Positions 1 through 9,319 of a stretch of 48,316 nt of DNA are shown here, piece by piece. A program made the position numbers and the translations under genes. This stretch comes from Acidimicrobiia bacterium (GTDB lineage: Bacteria > Actinomycetota > Acidimicrobiia > Spongiisociales > UBA4744): assembly GCA_035282865.1 (NCBI GenBank), contig DATEVB010000087.1, forward strand, positions 1 to 48,316, given 5' to 3'. Numbering within the stretch: the first letter of the stretch is position 1; the number at the start of each line of letters is the position of its first letter. The notes beneath the pieces are model-generated. The model was not told where the DNA came from, did no database searches, and saw only the letters and a list, made by a program, of their open reading frames with translations.

Positions 1-89
1 GCCGGCCGGCGGCTTCCCGCTCCGAGCTTCCACCATTCAACCATCGACTGCGAACCGGGCATCATCAACGACCGACCACCAATTGCCGT

Positions 90-671
90 CTACAGCCTGC
101 GTAGCTTCTCGGCGAGAGCTTGCAAAGCCCGGCTCCGGTGACTGATGGCGTTCTTGTCGGCAACGTCCATCTCAGCCAGGGTGCGGCCATCCACCTCAAA
201 CACAGGGTCGTAACCGAAGCCCGAATCGCCGCGCCCGGTGTCGATGATCCGGCCCTCCAGCACACCCTCGGCGACGATCTCCCCCCGGCCCGGTATGACC
301 AGGGCCATCACGGTGCGGAAACGAGCCGACCGCTCGGGTTCTCCGGCAAGATGCTCCAACAGAACCCGGACGTTGTCGGCATACGAGGCCCGCTCCCCCG
401 CGTACCGCGCACTCCGGACGCCCGGCGCCCCGTCGAGAGCACTTACCTCCAGGCCGGTGTCGTCGGCGAGCGACGGCAGGCCGGTGGCGGCGGCCACCGT
501 CCGCGCTTTCAAGAGGGCGTTCCCTTCCAGGGTCGGCTCGGTCTCCTCGACATCCGGCCAGTCGGGACCGGCCGCGATCTCACTGACCAATCCGAGTCCC
601 AGCAACACTGCTTTCATCTCGCCCAGCTTGTCCTCGTTTTTCGAGGCGACCACCAGTCGCTCGATCCTCAC
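90..671 (-). CDS. rdgB: Non-canonical purine NTP pyrophosphatase (RdgB/HAM1 family)
   Basis: 193-aa ORF with 'VVASKNEDKLGEM', 'GFGYDPVF' and 'NAISHRSRA' motifs typical of RdgB. The GTG start overlaps the rph stop (GTGA at 668-671). rph-rdgB is the usual gene order. Confidence 0.9.
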   Translation of the reverse strand: MRIERLVVASKNEDKLGEMKAVLLGLGLVSEIAAGPDWPDVEETEPTLEGNALLKARTVAAATGLPSLADDTGLEVSALDGAPGVRSARYAGERASYADNVRVLLEHLAGEPERSARFRTVMALVIPGRGEIVAEGVLEGRIIDTGRGDSGFGYDPVFEVDGRTLAEMDVADKNAISHRSRALQALAEKLRRL

Positions 672-1375
672 GGGGCCACGGCCTGCCGTTGCAGAACGAA
701 CAATTCCTCGATGCCCTTGGCAGCCGCATCCAGCATGGCGTTCAGCTCCTCCCGCGTGAACGGAGCTCCCTCCGCCGTCCCTTGAACCTCGACGAGGAGC
801 CCTCGCCCGGTCATGACCACGTTCATGTCGACATCGGCGGCCACATCGTCGACATACTCCAGATCCAGCAGAATGTCCCCGCCGACGTTGCCGACCGAAA
901 TGGCGGCCAGGAGGTCGTGGATCGGGTTGGCGGCCAGACGACCGGTTGCCAAAGCATCTGTGAAGGCATCGTGCATGGCGATCCAGGCTCCAGTGATGGC
1001 GGCCGTCCTGGTGCCGCCATCAGCCTGGACTACATCGCAATCGACCCGCATCATCATCTCCGGCATCCCCGACAGATCGACCACCGACCGGAGCGCCCGC
1101 CCGATCAGCCGGGAGATCTCCTTGGAGCGTCCACCGGTGTAGTTGTCCCGCCGGATTCTTTCCGCGCTGGAGCCGGGCAACATCCCGTACTCGGCGGTCA
1201 CCCATCCCGTGTCACGGCCGCGCATCCAGCGCGGCATATCTTCTTCGATTGAGGCGGTACACAAGACACGGGTGCGACCCATTTCGATCAACACCGACCC
1301 GGGGGTCATGTCCGTGTAGCCCTGGGTGATCCGTACATGTCTCAGCTCGTCGGCCGGCCGCTCTCTCGATGTCAC
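668..1375 (-). CDS. rph: Ribonuclease PH
   Basis: 235-aa ORF. 'RPADELRHVRITQGY...GSVLIEMGRTRVLCTAS...GWVTAEYGMLP...ADGGTRTAAITGA' matches the RNase PH family pattern. GTG start. Confidence 0.92.
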   Translation of the reverse strand: MTSRERPADELRHVRITQGYTDMTPGSVLIEMGRTRVLCTASIEEDMPRWMRGRDTGWVTAEYGMLPGSSAERIRRDNYTGGRSKEISRLIGRALRSVVDLSGMPEMMMRVDCDVVQADGGTRTAAITGAWIAMHDAFTDALATGRLAANPIHDLLAAISVGNVGGDILLDLEYVDDVAADVDMNVVMTGRGLLVEVQGTAEGAPFTREELNAMLDAAAKGIEELFVLQRQAVAP

Positions 1376-1390
1376 TCCGCTCTCCTCGGT

Positions 1391-2140
1391 CTAGACATTC
1401 ACTACCATTCCGGGGACGGCCAGCCCGACCGGCTTCCCGAATGTATGCTCCGCTTCCTGTACCGACCGCTCCGGGTCGAGCGCCGGCCAGATGTGTGTCA
1501 GCATCAGCGCCTTCGCCCCCACCCGGCGGGCGATCTGTCCGGCCTCGCCGGCCGTCAGGTGATGCGACCAGGGCTTCTCATCCGCCGACCCTTGATAGGT
1601 CGCCTCGCATAAGAACAGGTCGGCGCCGTCTGCGATCCGGGACCATTCCCCCTGAGGTCCGGTGTCCGCCGAGTAGGCAAGCACCCGTCCGGTCCCGTCT
1701 GTGGCCCTCACCCCGAGGGTTGGCACAGGGTGATCGGTGACGGCGAAATCAACCTCAATACCACTGATGGTGGCGTGCTCTTGGTCGTCCTGCACCCGGA
1801 AGTCGAGTGTCGCACCAAGTGGGTGGTCCGGGTCGCCCAGAAACCCTTTCAAACGCTCCGCCAGACCTGCCGGAACGTAGGTGGGAATGCCAGTCCTGGC
1901 TAGCCCGCCGTACTTGACGGCATGGTAAAAGCCCAAAACGTCGAGGCAATGGTCGGCGTGCACATGGGAGATGACGAGCGCATCGAGCGTGGTGAAGTCG
2001 ATCACTCTTTGTAGTGCGGCGAAGGTACCCGATCCGGTGTCCATCCAGATGGAGGTTTCCTCATGTTGCAGCAGGTACCCGGAGGTTGGCCGACCGGGGG
2101 TCGGGTAGGTGCCATTAGAGCCGAGGATTGTGAGACGCAT
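1391..2140 (-). CDS. MBL-fold metallo-hydrolase (RNase Z / atypical cyclic-nucleotide phosphodiesterase-like)
   Basis: 249 aa with the metallo-beta-lactamase motif 'ISHVHADH'. It sits directly upstream of rph-rdgB, as the MBL-fold gene does in mycobacteria (recalled synteny). ATG at 2140. Confidence 0.8.
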   Translation of the reverse strand: MRLTILGSNGTYPTPGRPTSGYLLQHEETSIWMDTGSGTFAALQRVIDFTTLDALVISHVHADHCLDVLGFYHAVKYGGLARTGIPTYVPAGLAERLKGFLGDPDHPLGATLDFRVQDDQEHATISGIEVDFAVTDHPVPTLGVRATDGTGRVLAYSADTGPQGEWSRIADGADLFLCEATYQGSADEKPWSHHLTAGEAGQIARRVGAKALMLTHIWPALDPERSVQEAEHTFGKPVGLAVPGMVVNV

Positions 2141-2207
2141 GGCCTCGAAGTGTACGACACCATCCCGACCTGCTCCTCATGAGAAACCGGGCTCGCCGGC
2201 AGTCGGT

Positions 2208-2633
2208 TCAGCCGACGACCCGCAGCACGACTTCGTTGATCGTTCCGCTCCGGAGAGAAAAACCGCGTAATTCAGGAGTGCCTGCCAGCCCGACGACGAG
2301 GTAGATCCAATCCGGTTCCGCAGCCAGCCGAAGGTCGGTTATCGACGGAAACGCGGCCGAGTGGGGATGGGAGTGAAACGCGCCGGCCAGCTCCCACCCG
2401 TGGGACTCTGCATGTCGAAGAGCGCGAAAATGCTCGGTCGGCTCGATGGTGTAGGAGGATGACGAGTGGTCCGCATTGGTCAGGCAGTAGACCATGCGCA
2501 GCCGTCCTTCATCATCGGCGGCCAGCAGGCCGCACGCCTCTTCGGGATAGGAGAACCGGCTGTGGGCCATCATCGCCTCGTAGATCTGCGCCGGGACCTC
2601 AAGGCTGCGCTCCTCGCCGGCCGTCGCCCCCAC
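2208..2633 (-). CDS. JAMM/MPN+ metalloprotease (Mov34 family, Mec-like)
   Basis: 141 aa. Complete JAMM motif: Glu in 'PEEACGLL' plus 'HSHPHSAAFPSITD' (HxHx7Sx2D). The GTG start at 2633 shares one base with the dinG TAG stop. Confidence 0.85.
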   Translation of the reverse strand: MGATAGEERSLEVPAQIYEAMMAHSRFSYPEEACGLLAADDEGRLRMVYCLTNADHSSSSYTIEPTEHFRALRHAESHGWELAGAFHSHPHSAAFPSITDLRLAAEPDWIYLVVGLAGTPELRGFSLRSGTINEVVLRVVG

Positions 2634-4600
2634 TACGCATCACCCCCGGACCGGAGGAAAGCGAGGGCCACCTCGGGTGAGGTCGTCCGCGGCATGGCGG
2701 GTAGCGATCGGAGGATGTGACGGCCGTACCGGCGTTTCATCAGCCGGGAATCGAGCAAGGCGACCAATCCACGGTCCTCGGTCGATCGGATCAGCCGTCC
2801 CGCACCCTGGGCGAGCAGAATGGCTGCTCGGGGCAGATCGACGGCGTTGAAGGCGGACAGACCGGCCAGCTCTGCCGCTTCCCGTCGGGCAGCCCACAAC
2901 GGATCGTCGGGTCTGGGAAAAGGGAGCTTGTCGATGACCACCAGCTCGAGCGATCGCCCCGGAATATCAAGACCTTCCCAGAACCCCATGGTCGCGACCA
3001 GCACCGAGGTCTCGTCCTGTTCGAATCGCTCCACCAGCCGCCGCTTGGGCAATTCGCCCTGCACCAGCACGCTGAAGGGCATCTTCTCCTTCAGCCGACC
3101 TGCCAGGGCTTCGAGCATCCTGTAGCTCGTCGTCAGGACCAGGGCACGGCCACCGGATGCCTCGACCAGCCACTCGGTCTCGTCGAGTGCGGCCGCTTGA
3201 TAATCGGGCGATCGGGGTTCGGGCAGTCGAGCCGCCACATAGATGCAGGCTTGCGCGTCGTAGTCGAACGGGCTTCCCACCCGCACCGACCGGTAGCCGA
3301 GCGGTTGGTCTCCTTCTGCCTCGAAGCCAAGGCGAGTTGCCACCGGCCGCAGCGAACCCCCAACGGACAGCGTTGCGCTCGTGAGCACCACCGGCCTCAC
3401 CGACAGGAGGTGTTCGGCCAGCAGCGGCCCCACCTCCACGGGCGCAAGCCGGAGCGAAGGGCGGATGCCTTCGCCCTCCACCCAGGCGACGTGACCTTCC
3501 GGGGGACTCAGGGCCATGGCAATGTCGCCGGCCAGATGACCCCCCAATCGCAAGACACGGGCCCGAGCCCCCAGCGATCCCGGGGTCGAAGGTTTGGTGT
3601 CACGAATCGCCGTCAACACTTCCCCCACCGTTGCGGCCGCGGCGGAGAAGGCAGTACCGATGGGCGTCGAAGAGGGTTGGGGGATCCTTCCGAGCGGTGT
3701 CTGCCTGAGGGCATCGTCGACTTCGCGAACTCGCCGGGTCAGATCCTTGAGAAGACGCGGCGTGGAGGCTCCTCCTAGATAGGAACTGGCGGACCGCTGG
3801 AACTGCCAGAACCGCCCTTCCGTCATGTCGATCCCAAAAGCGGATGCCATGGTGTCTTCGAGTCGGTGGGCTTCGTCGAATATGACCAGGTCGTGCTCGG
3901 GGAGCACGCTCCCACCCATTATCAAGTCCGCTCCATAGAGGTGATGGTTCACCACAACGACGTCGGCTTCCTGCGCTGTCTCCAGTGCCGCCATAGCAAA
4001 GCAACTCTCGCCCTGCGGGCACCCATCGCGGCCCGGGCATTCGATACCGGCCACCGACACCTCGGACCAGAGTTCCTCGGGTACTTGCTCGGGTAAGTCG
4101 TCTCGATCGCCGGTGCTGTTCAAGTCCGCCCACTCCGCCAGCAGCCGGATGGTCTCGGGGAGGGCTTCCTCTTCAAAGAGACCCTGTTGCGAAGAGCCCC
4201 CTTCAGCTTCGAGGCGTTCAACCAGACGCGACCGGCAAAGGTAGTTCTTGCGGCCCTTGACCGTGGCCCACCTGAACGCGATCCCGATCTCGGCGAGCAC
4301 GTCCGCCAGGAAAGGCAGATCGCGGGCCGATAGTTGATCCTGGAGGCTCTTGGTGGCAGTAGATACCACTACCCGCCGGCCGGAACACAGCGCCGGAATC
4401 AGATATCCGAACGACTTGCCGGTGCCCGGACCTGCTTCGCACAACACGTGAGCGCCGTCATCGATGGCCGAAGCGATAGCCGCGACCATCTCCTCCTGTC
4501 CCCCTCGGCGCCGCCCACCGGGTTTTCGATCCACCACATGCTCGAGTGCCATTTGGCTGCGCTCTATGAGCCGGTCGGGAAGGTCGATGTGTACGGTCAC
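2633..4600 (-). CDS. dinG: ATP-dependent DNA helicase, DinG/XPD family (Fe-S type)
   Basis: 655 aa. Walker A 'GPGTGKS', DEAH box 'FDEAHRLED', and four clustered Cys ('NYLCRS', 'IECPGRDGCPQGESCF') consistent with an XPD-type Fe-S domain. GTG start at 4600; an alternative M17 start is possible. Confidence 0.85.
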   Translation of the reverse strand: MTVHIDLPDRLIERSQMALEHVVDRKPGGRRRGGQEEMVAAIASAIDDGAHVLCEAGPGTGKSFGYLIPALCSGRRVVVSTATKSLQDQLSARDLPFLADVLAEIGIAFRWATVKGRKNYLCRSRLVERLEAEGGSSQQGLFEEEALPETIRLLAEWADLNSTGDRDDLPEQVPEELWSEVSVAGIECPGRDGCPQGESCFAMAALETAQEADVVVVNHHLYGADLIMGGSVLPEHDLVIFDEAHRLEDTMASAFGIDMTEGRFWQFQRSASSYLGGASTPRLLKDLTRRVREVDDALRQTPLGRIPQPSSTPIGTAFSAAAATVGEVLTAIRDTKPSTPGSLGARARVLRLGGHLAGDIAMALSPPEGHVAWVEGEGIRPSLRLAPVEVGPLLAEHLLSVRPVVLTSATLSVGGSLRPVATRLGFEAEGDQPLGYRSVRVGSPFDYDAQACIYVAARLPEPRSPDYQAAALDETEWLVEASGGRALVLTTSYRMLEALAGRLKEKMPFSVLVQGELPKRRLVERFEQDETSVLVATMGFWEGLDIPGRSLELVVIDKLPFPRPDDPLWAARREAAELAGLSAFNAVDLPRAAILLAQGAGRLIRSTEDRGLVALLDSRLMKRRYGRHILRSLPAMPRTTSPEVALAFLRSGGDA

Positions 4601-4703
4601 GATGGGTCATGGTAGGCCGGGGTTGCCGGTTCCATAACGTTCAGAATCGGGCCGCAGGGGCCGATAATGAGATGTCCTTCATGTTGGATACAGTTGAGGC
4701 GAT

Positions 4704-5825
4704 ATGGATCGAAACATCGGCATCCTCACCGCCGGGGGCGATTCGCCCGGTCTCAATGCGGCCATTCGCGGCATCGGCAAGACGGCTCATCGTTCCTACG
4801 GTATGAACGTGATCGGTTTCCGCGACGGGTTCCGGGGGCTCATGCAGAACCGCACCCTCCGGCTGGACGGCCACCGACTGTCGGGCATTCTGACCGCCGG
4901 CGGAACCATTCTCGGGACCAGCCGCGACAAACCCCACAAGATGCCGGTCGGGGGCCGGACGATGGATATGACCGACCTGATGGTCGAGAACTACCACGAG
5001 AACCATCTGGACGCGTTGGTTTGCCTTGGTGGTGGCGGTACTCAGAAGAACGCGCTCCATCTAGCCAAGGCCGGGCTGCGTATGCTCACGTTGCCAAAGA
5101 CGATCGACAACGATGTTGCGATGACCGATGTGACCTTCGGGTTCGACACCGCTCTGACAATCGCCACCGAGACCATCGACCGGCTGCACTCCACCGCCCA
5201 CAGCCACCACCGCATCGTTGTCGTCGAGGTCATGGGACACAACGCCGGCTGGCTGGCGCTCGGAGCCGGGTTGGCGGGTGGTGCCGACGTGATCCTGATC
5301 CCCGAGATCCGCTATGACCTCGAACGGGTAGCCCAGGCGGTCATCGAGCGGCGCCAGGCAGGCAGCACCTTCAGCATCATCGCCGTCTCAGAAGGGGCTC
5401 TCTCTCAGAAACAGGCCGATACCCTCGAGAAATGGAAGGCCCGCAAGAAGAACGCGGGTGAAGGAGAAGCCCTGCGCAAGGCAACGTCGAAACTCGAGCA
5501 AGCCCTCAACAAGCAAGCCGAGCACACCCACCGCCTGGCCAGGAACCTCGAGGAGCTCACCCGGCTGGAATCCCGGGTGACGATCCTGGGACACGTGCAG
5601 CGAGGAGGGGTGCCATCGCCGGGCGACCGGGTGTTGGCCACCCGCCTCGGGAGCGCCTGTGCCCGGTATATCAACGAAGGCATTCATGGAGTCATGGTGG
5701 CGGCCAGGGGAGAGGGCACCGAGCCGGTGCCGCTGGAAGAGGTCGCCGGGAAGCGGAAAACGGTCCCCCTCGATCATCCCTGGATCAACACGGCCCGGTC
5801 GCTCGGTATCAGCTTGGGAGATTGA
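4704..5825 (+). CDS. pfkA: 6-phosphofructokinase (phosphoryl donor uncertain: ATP or PPi)
   Basis: 373 aa with '[19 protein letters not shown]', 'PKTIDNDV' and 'ILGHVQRGG'. GAGG lies 5 nt upstream of the ATG at 4704. Confidence 0.9.
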   Translation: MDRNIGILTAGGDSPGLNAAIRGIGKTAHRSYGMNVIGFRDGFRGLMQNRTLRLDGHRLSGILTAGGTILGTSRDKPHKMPVGGRTMDMTDLMVENYHENHLDALVCLGGGGTQKNALHLAKAGLRMLTLPKTIDNDVAMTDVTFGFDTALTIATETIDRLHSTAHSHHRIVVVEVMGHNAGWLALGAGLAGGADVILIPEIRYDLERVAQAVIERRQAGSTFSIIAVSEGALSQKQADTLEKWKARKKNAGEGEALRKATSKLEQALNKQAEHTHRLARNLEELTRLESRVTILGHVQRGGVPSPGDRVLATRLGSACARYINEGIHGVMVAARGEGTEPVPLEEVAGKRKTVPLDHPWINTARSLGISLGD

Positions 5826-5867
5826 CCGGTTTGCCCTCACCAGCTTGTGCCCCGCCCCCATCGAGGT

Positions 5868-5889
5868 GTCGGCGGGCAATCCCGCCGGC
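5868..5889 (+). terminator. GC-rich hairpin downstream of pfkA (possible terminator)
   Basis: GGCGGG(5871-5876)-caat-CCCGCC(5881-5886), extendable to about 9 bp. A second hairpin CCCGCC-tggt-GGCGGG lies at 5909-5924. There is no U-tract, so this is weak. Confidence 0.3.
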
Positions 5890-6057
5890 GGTCGTCGTGC
5901 TCAACCCACCCGCCTGGTGGCGGGCCCTGTTGCCACAGCCGTTGCCCGCAAGACCCGCAACCTGCTCTGACGATCGACACTGGTGTGTGCGTCGTATGGA
6001 TCTTGCAGGCAGTGGTCTGAGCCTCTCGCCGACCACCCGATCCATCACGCAGTCGAT

Positions 6058-6348
6058 TTAGTCCTCTTCGACGTCCGACTCAATCCGGCCGAGGTCGCGC
6101 TCCTGCCCGGTCTCATCGTCGGTGACCCGAAGGTCGCCGCCACGCTCCTCCTCGATGACGTGCTCGATCTCCGGGCGGTAGATCTTCATCAATTCCATGA
6201 AAGCCGCCGACCCTGCCCCGGCCGGCGCTCGTCTGTGCTTGTAGTACACCCAGCCCCGTTGCTCGGCATAGAGCAGGAAGCGGTGACCTCCGTACATGAG
6301 CACAGCCAATCCGGCGATCACGCCGGCGATGACCAGCGCCACGTCCAT
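6058..6348 (-). CDS. Small hypothetical membrane protein (one N-terminal TM helix, acidic C-terminal tail)
   Basis: 96-aa ORF with hydrophobic 'VALVIAGVIAGLAVLMYGG' followed by a charged, Glu/Asp-rich tail. I recognise no family motif and see no clear SD. Confidence 0.5.
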   Translation of the reverse strand: MDVALVIAGVIAGLAVLMYGGHRFLLYAEQRGWVYYKHRRAPAGAGSAAFMELMKIYRPEIEHVIEEERGGDLRVTDDETGQERDLGRIESDVEED

Positions 6349-6412
6349 GAGGTCATGGTGGCACCGAATGGTGGCAACCTCAATCCAACACGTCGAGCAG
6401 AAGGGATAGGAG

Positions 6413-6438
6413 CAGTCCCTCGCTTGCGCGAGGGACTG
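6413..6438 (-). terminator. Intrinsic-terminator-like hairpin immediately 3' of ssrA
   Basis: Perfect 11-bp stem CAGTCCCTCGC (6413-6423) / GCGAGGGACTG (6428-6438) with a 4-nt loop, beginning 4 nt after the tmRNA 3' end on the minus strand. Confidence 0.65.
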
Positions 6439-6441
6439 GAC

Positions 6442-6797
6442 GGTGGAGGTGCGGGGATTCGAACCCCGGTCCTCTGAGGCTTCAGCGCCGGCATCTCCGA
6501 GCGCAGCCGACAGCGAGCTTTCGGACGGTGGGACCCTGTCGGCAAGTTTCCCTCCGCCCTATCCAGAGTTGTACTTACCCCGCCGGTCCCGGAATCCCGG
6601 CGGGAGCAGCCTACGTTGGCGACGCCTGATCCGATCGGTGTAGGCGGCCCTCCTGGTCAGACGGGCTGTGTTACTTACGCAGCCAGTGCGAAGTTGTCTT
6701 CGGCACTTATCGTGTTTCCGGCTCTTTAACGAGGACTCCGGAGACCTCGGCTCGCTTCCGTCGCTTCAACCCTCAAAGTCGAAACCAAGTCACCCCC
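6442..6797 (-). ncRNA. ssrA: tmRNA (transfer-messenger RNA)
   Basis: Minus-strand 5' end GGGGGUGACUUGGUUUCGAC. The 3' end ...GGUUCGAAUCCCCGCACCUCCACC is a T-arm plus acceptor. The 7-bp acceptor stem carries the G3:U wobble (alanine identity). The internal tag reading frame is GCC GAA GAC AAC UUC GCA CUG GCU GCG UAA = AEDNFALAA* (6675-6704). smpB lies 2.5 kb away. Confidence 0.93.
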
Positions 6798-7047
6798 TTG
6801 GGCGCTTCTTCAGCACTCCCAATGTAGCCGATCCGGCGAGTTTCGCCTTCCCGTTTCCGCCCAGTGTCGTGTGTCGTAGGCCCGTGCTGGTTCCGCCGAA
6901 CCATTCCGCGTCATCCGACCAGGACGCAGGACGAGGATGCAGGCCCATTGGGCAAGGGCATCGAAGTCCGCGAACCCGGGCATGACCTGCGACTCGGGAC
7001 ACGGGGTCAGATCGAAATATGTGCCCGCGTCCGGTACCGTGTCGACC

Positions 7048-7833
7048 ATGCCGGAGCTCGAGAACCCTTTCCCGGAGGCGACCCGCCGCGAGCCTGGTGG
7101 CTCCCGGACCGCTTCACTGGCGCTCGGTGGAGCCGCGCTCTCTCTGGCGCTGGCCGTTGGTTTGCTGGCCGCCTTCCTCTCTGCCCGCCAGGATGTCGCG
7201 GCGCTGCAAGACCAGGTGACGCAACTCGAACAGCTGGTATCTGCCGTGGCCGGCGATATTGTCTCCGCCGGCGATCGACTCGCATCCCTCGAGTCCTCCG
7301 GCGCATCACAAATCGGGGGAGATGCCCCGGCCTCTCTGGTCGGCACGGATCTGCCCCGATATCCCCCAAGCGGGCGGGACACCGCGCTGGGCCTCAGCCT
7401 CACCGCGATCAGCGGGGTGCACTTCTACGACGGAACAACGATGACGTTCGACCCGGCCGACGGAAAAGCGCGCGCGTGGTTTGTATGGGCGCATTGGTGC
7501 CCCTACTGCCAGCAGGAGCTGCCGATCGTCGCCAACTGGCATGCGAACCACGCCGACGAGTACCTGCATCTCGAGCTGGTGTCAATCACGACGAGCATGG
7601 ACGACAATGCCTCGAATCCGTTGGTGCCTTACCTCGAGACCAGCCAATTCACCTTCCCGGTGCTGATGGACGAGTCGGGTGTCTTATCTAGGAAACTGGG
7701 CGTAAGCGCCTTCCCTTTCTGGGTCTTCACCGGTCCCGACGGGTCCGTCCTCGGTCGAACGGCCGGGTTGCTGCCGGAAGAGCAACTCCTCACGATCTTC
7801 GACGAGCTTGAGCAGCTGGGCGCTGAGGCGTAG
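7048..7833 (+). CDS. Membrane-anchored thiol:disulfide oxidoreductase (TlpA/ResA-like thioredoxin-fold protein)
   Basis: CxxC active site 'WAHWCPYCQQE', an N-terminal TM segment 'LALGGAALSLALAVGLLAAF', then a short coiled segment. The ATG at 7048 is preferred over the ORF-track start at 6937, which reaches toward the ssrA promoter region. Confidence 0.8.
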   Translation: MPELENPFPEATRREPGGSRTASLALGGAALSLALAVGLLAAFLSARQDVAALQDQVTQLEQLVSAVAGDIVSAGDRLASLESSGASQIGGDAPASLVGTDLPRYPPSGRDTALGLSLTAISGVHFYDGTTMTFDPADGKARAWFVWAHWCPYCQQELPIVANWHANHADEYLHLELVSITTSMDDNASNPLVPYLETSQFTFPVLMDESGVLSRKLGVSAFPFWVFTGPDGSVLGRTAGLLPEEQLLTIFDELEQLGAEA

Positions 7834-7976
7834 GTCGATCAGTCGTTCGACCCCTGCCATACCTGGGGAATACTGGAGTTGGCAAGACCCGATGAGGGAA
7901 ACCGGCTGAGCACGGCCAGGATGACGGGCCGGCGGCGCAGTCGTCTCGGACCCCACCCGTCTATCGTCGAGTAGCC

Positions 7977-9296
7977 ATGAGTAATGGATCAGAACTGAAC
8001 ACTGCCGATCGGAACACAACCGAGCGCCTGCGAACCGAGCTGGCGAAGGTGGTGGGTTCCACCCAAGTGCTCTCCGAACAACCCATGGTGACCGGGTACG
8101 TTACCGACTGGACGGGCGCATGGAGCGGCTGGACCCGGGCGGTAGTCCGGCCCGGTACGGTCGGCGAGGTCCGGGAGGTCGTTTCGCTGTGCCGAGAGGC
8201 CGGGGTGCCGGTCGTCGCCCAGGGAGGAAACACGGGACTGGTGGGCGGATCAGTCCCTCACCACGGCGAAGTGGTGCTGTCGTTGCGCCGGCTGACGAGG
8301 CTCGACCCGATCGAAACGATCTCGGGTCAGGTCACGGCCGGCGCCGGGGTCACCATCGCCGCCCTTCGCGACCATGCCCGCCGGTCGGGTTTCGAATACG
8401 GGGTCGATCTGGCGTCCCGGGACTCAGCCACCGTCGGGGGAACCATTGCCACCAACGCCGGTGGCATCAGGGTCATCGCCAACGGTGACACCCGCCGTCA
8501 GGTGCTCGGGCTCGAGGTGGTCCTTGCCGACGGAAACGTAGTTTCCCGCCTGGCGGGCATCGAGAAGGACAGCGCCGGGTTCGACCTCTCCCAGTTGTTC
8601 GTCGGAAGTGAGGGAACATTGGGCGTGATCACTGCCGCCCGGCTCCGACTGTCACCACGGGTCGGCGGCGAACGCCACGTCGTGTTGCTGGGGGTGTCAC
8701 ATCCGTCGGACGGTCTGGGTCTGCGCGGATCGGACGTAACCGCCCTCGAATTCCTCAGCCACAGTTGCCTCGCCGTTGTGACCGAACACCTCGGCCGCAG
8801 CCTGCCGGCCGTGGGTGAGCATCCTTACTACGTGCTGGTCGAATCGAGCCGCCTCCCCGACCTGGACCCGTCCACGGACGCGCTGATCGACACGCGGCTC
8901 TGGGAGTTTCGCGAGGCGATCACCGAGACCCTGAGCGCCGGTGGGGTGCCCCACAAGTTCGACGTCGGCGTACCCCTCCCTCGCCTCGATGAGTTCGTTG
9001 CGGACCTGGAACAACTAGACGGTGAGGTATTCGTGTTCGGCCACCTCGCCGAAGGCAACTGCCACGTCAACGTGCGGGGACCGGCCGACTATGAAACGGT
9101 GGCCGACAGGGTGTTGGGGCTGGTTGTCGAATACGGCGGGACGGTAGCAAGTGAGCACGGGATCGGTGTCGCCAAAGGTCGGTGGCTTCACCTCACCACC
9201 TCGCCCGAGGAGCGGGATGCGATACGGCGGATCAAACACGCACTCGACCCCCATCGAATCCTCAACCCGGCGGTCACCTTCGCCCCCGCAGGGTAG
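7977..9296 (+). CDS. FAD-linked oxidase (GlcD / D-lactate dehydrogenase-like)
   Basis: 439 aa. FAD_binding_4-type N-terminus ('VRPGTVGEVREVV...VVAQGGNTGLVGGS') and a C-terminal FAD-oxidase domain ('SEHGIGVAK'). Confidence 0.8.
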   Translation: MSNGSELNTADRNTTERLRTELAKVVGSTQVLSEQPMVTGYVTDWTGAWSGWTRAVVRPGTVGEVREVVSLCREAGVPVVAQGGNTGLVGGSVPHHGEVVLSLRRLTRLDPIETISGQVTAGAGVTIAALRDHARRSGFEYGVDLASRDSATVGGTIATNAGGIRVIANGDTRRQVLGLEVVLADGNVVSRLAGIEKDSAGFDLSQLFVGSEGTLGVITAARLRLSPRVGGERHVVLLGVSHPSDGLGLRGSDVTALEFLSHSCLAVVTEHLGRSLPAVGEHPYYVLVESSRLPDLDPSTDALIDTRLWEFREAITETLSAGGVPHKFDVGVPLPRLDEFVADLEQLDGEVFVFGHLAEGNCHVNVRGPADYETVADRVLGLVVEYGGTVASEHGIGVAKGRWLHLTTSPEERDAIRRIKHALDPHRILNPAVTFAPAG

Positions 9297-9319
9297 GCGC
9301 GGGAAGGTGATTCCGAAGC

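Noticed and set aside
1391-4600. MBL hydrolase + JAMM + DinG read as a possible anti-phage or nucleic-acid defence cassette.
   Set aside because: The same genes (dinG, mec-like JAMM, MBL-fold gene, rph, rdgB) are neighbours in housekeeping regions of mycobacterial chromosomes as I recall. There are no nuclease, E1/E2 or cyclase partners, so a core-metabolism reading is more parsimonious.
5822-6061. 79-aa ORFs on both strands in the pfkA-downstream spacer.
   Set aside because: The translations are Pro/Arg/Ala-rich nonsense-like, with no SD. The region is better explained by two GC hairpins between convergent genes.
6058-6441. Possibility that a genomic island is integrated at the 3' end of ssrA.
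   Set aside because: I saw no integrase, no duplicated copy of the tmRNA 3' end and no compositional break. The flanking genes are a small membrane protein and pfkA.
6318-6985. Protein ORFs overlapping 6318-6985 (75, 66 and 105 aa).
   Set aside because: They overlap the tmRNA gene and its terminator. The RNA interpretation explains the conservation-like structure, and the peptides are low-complexity.
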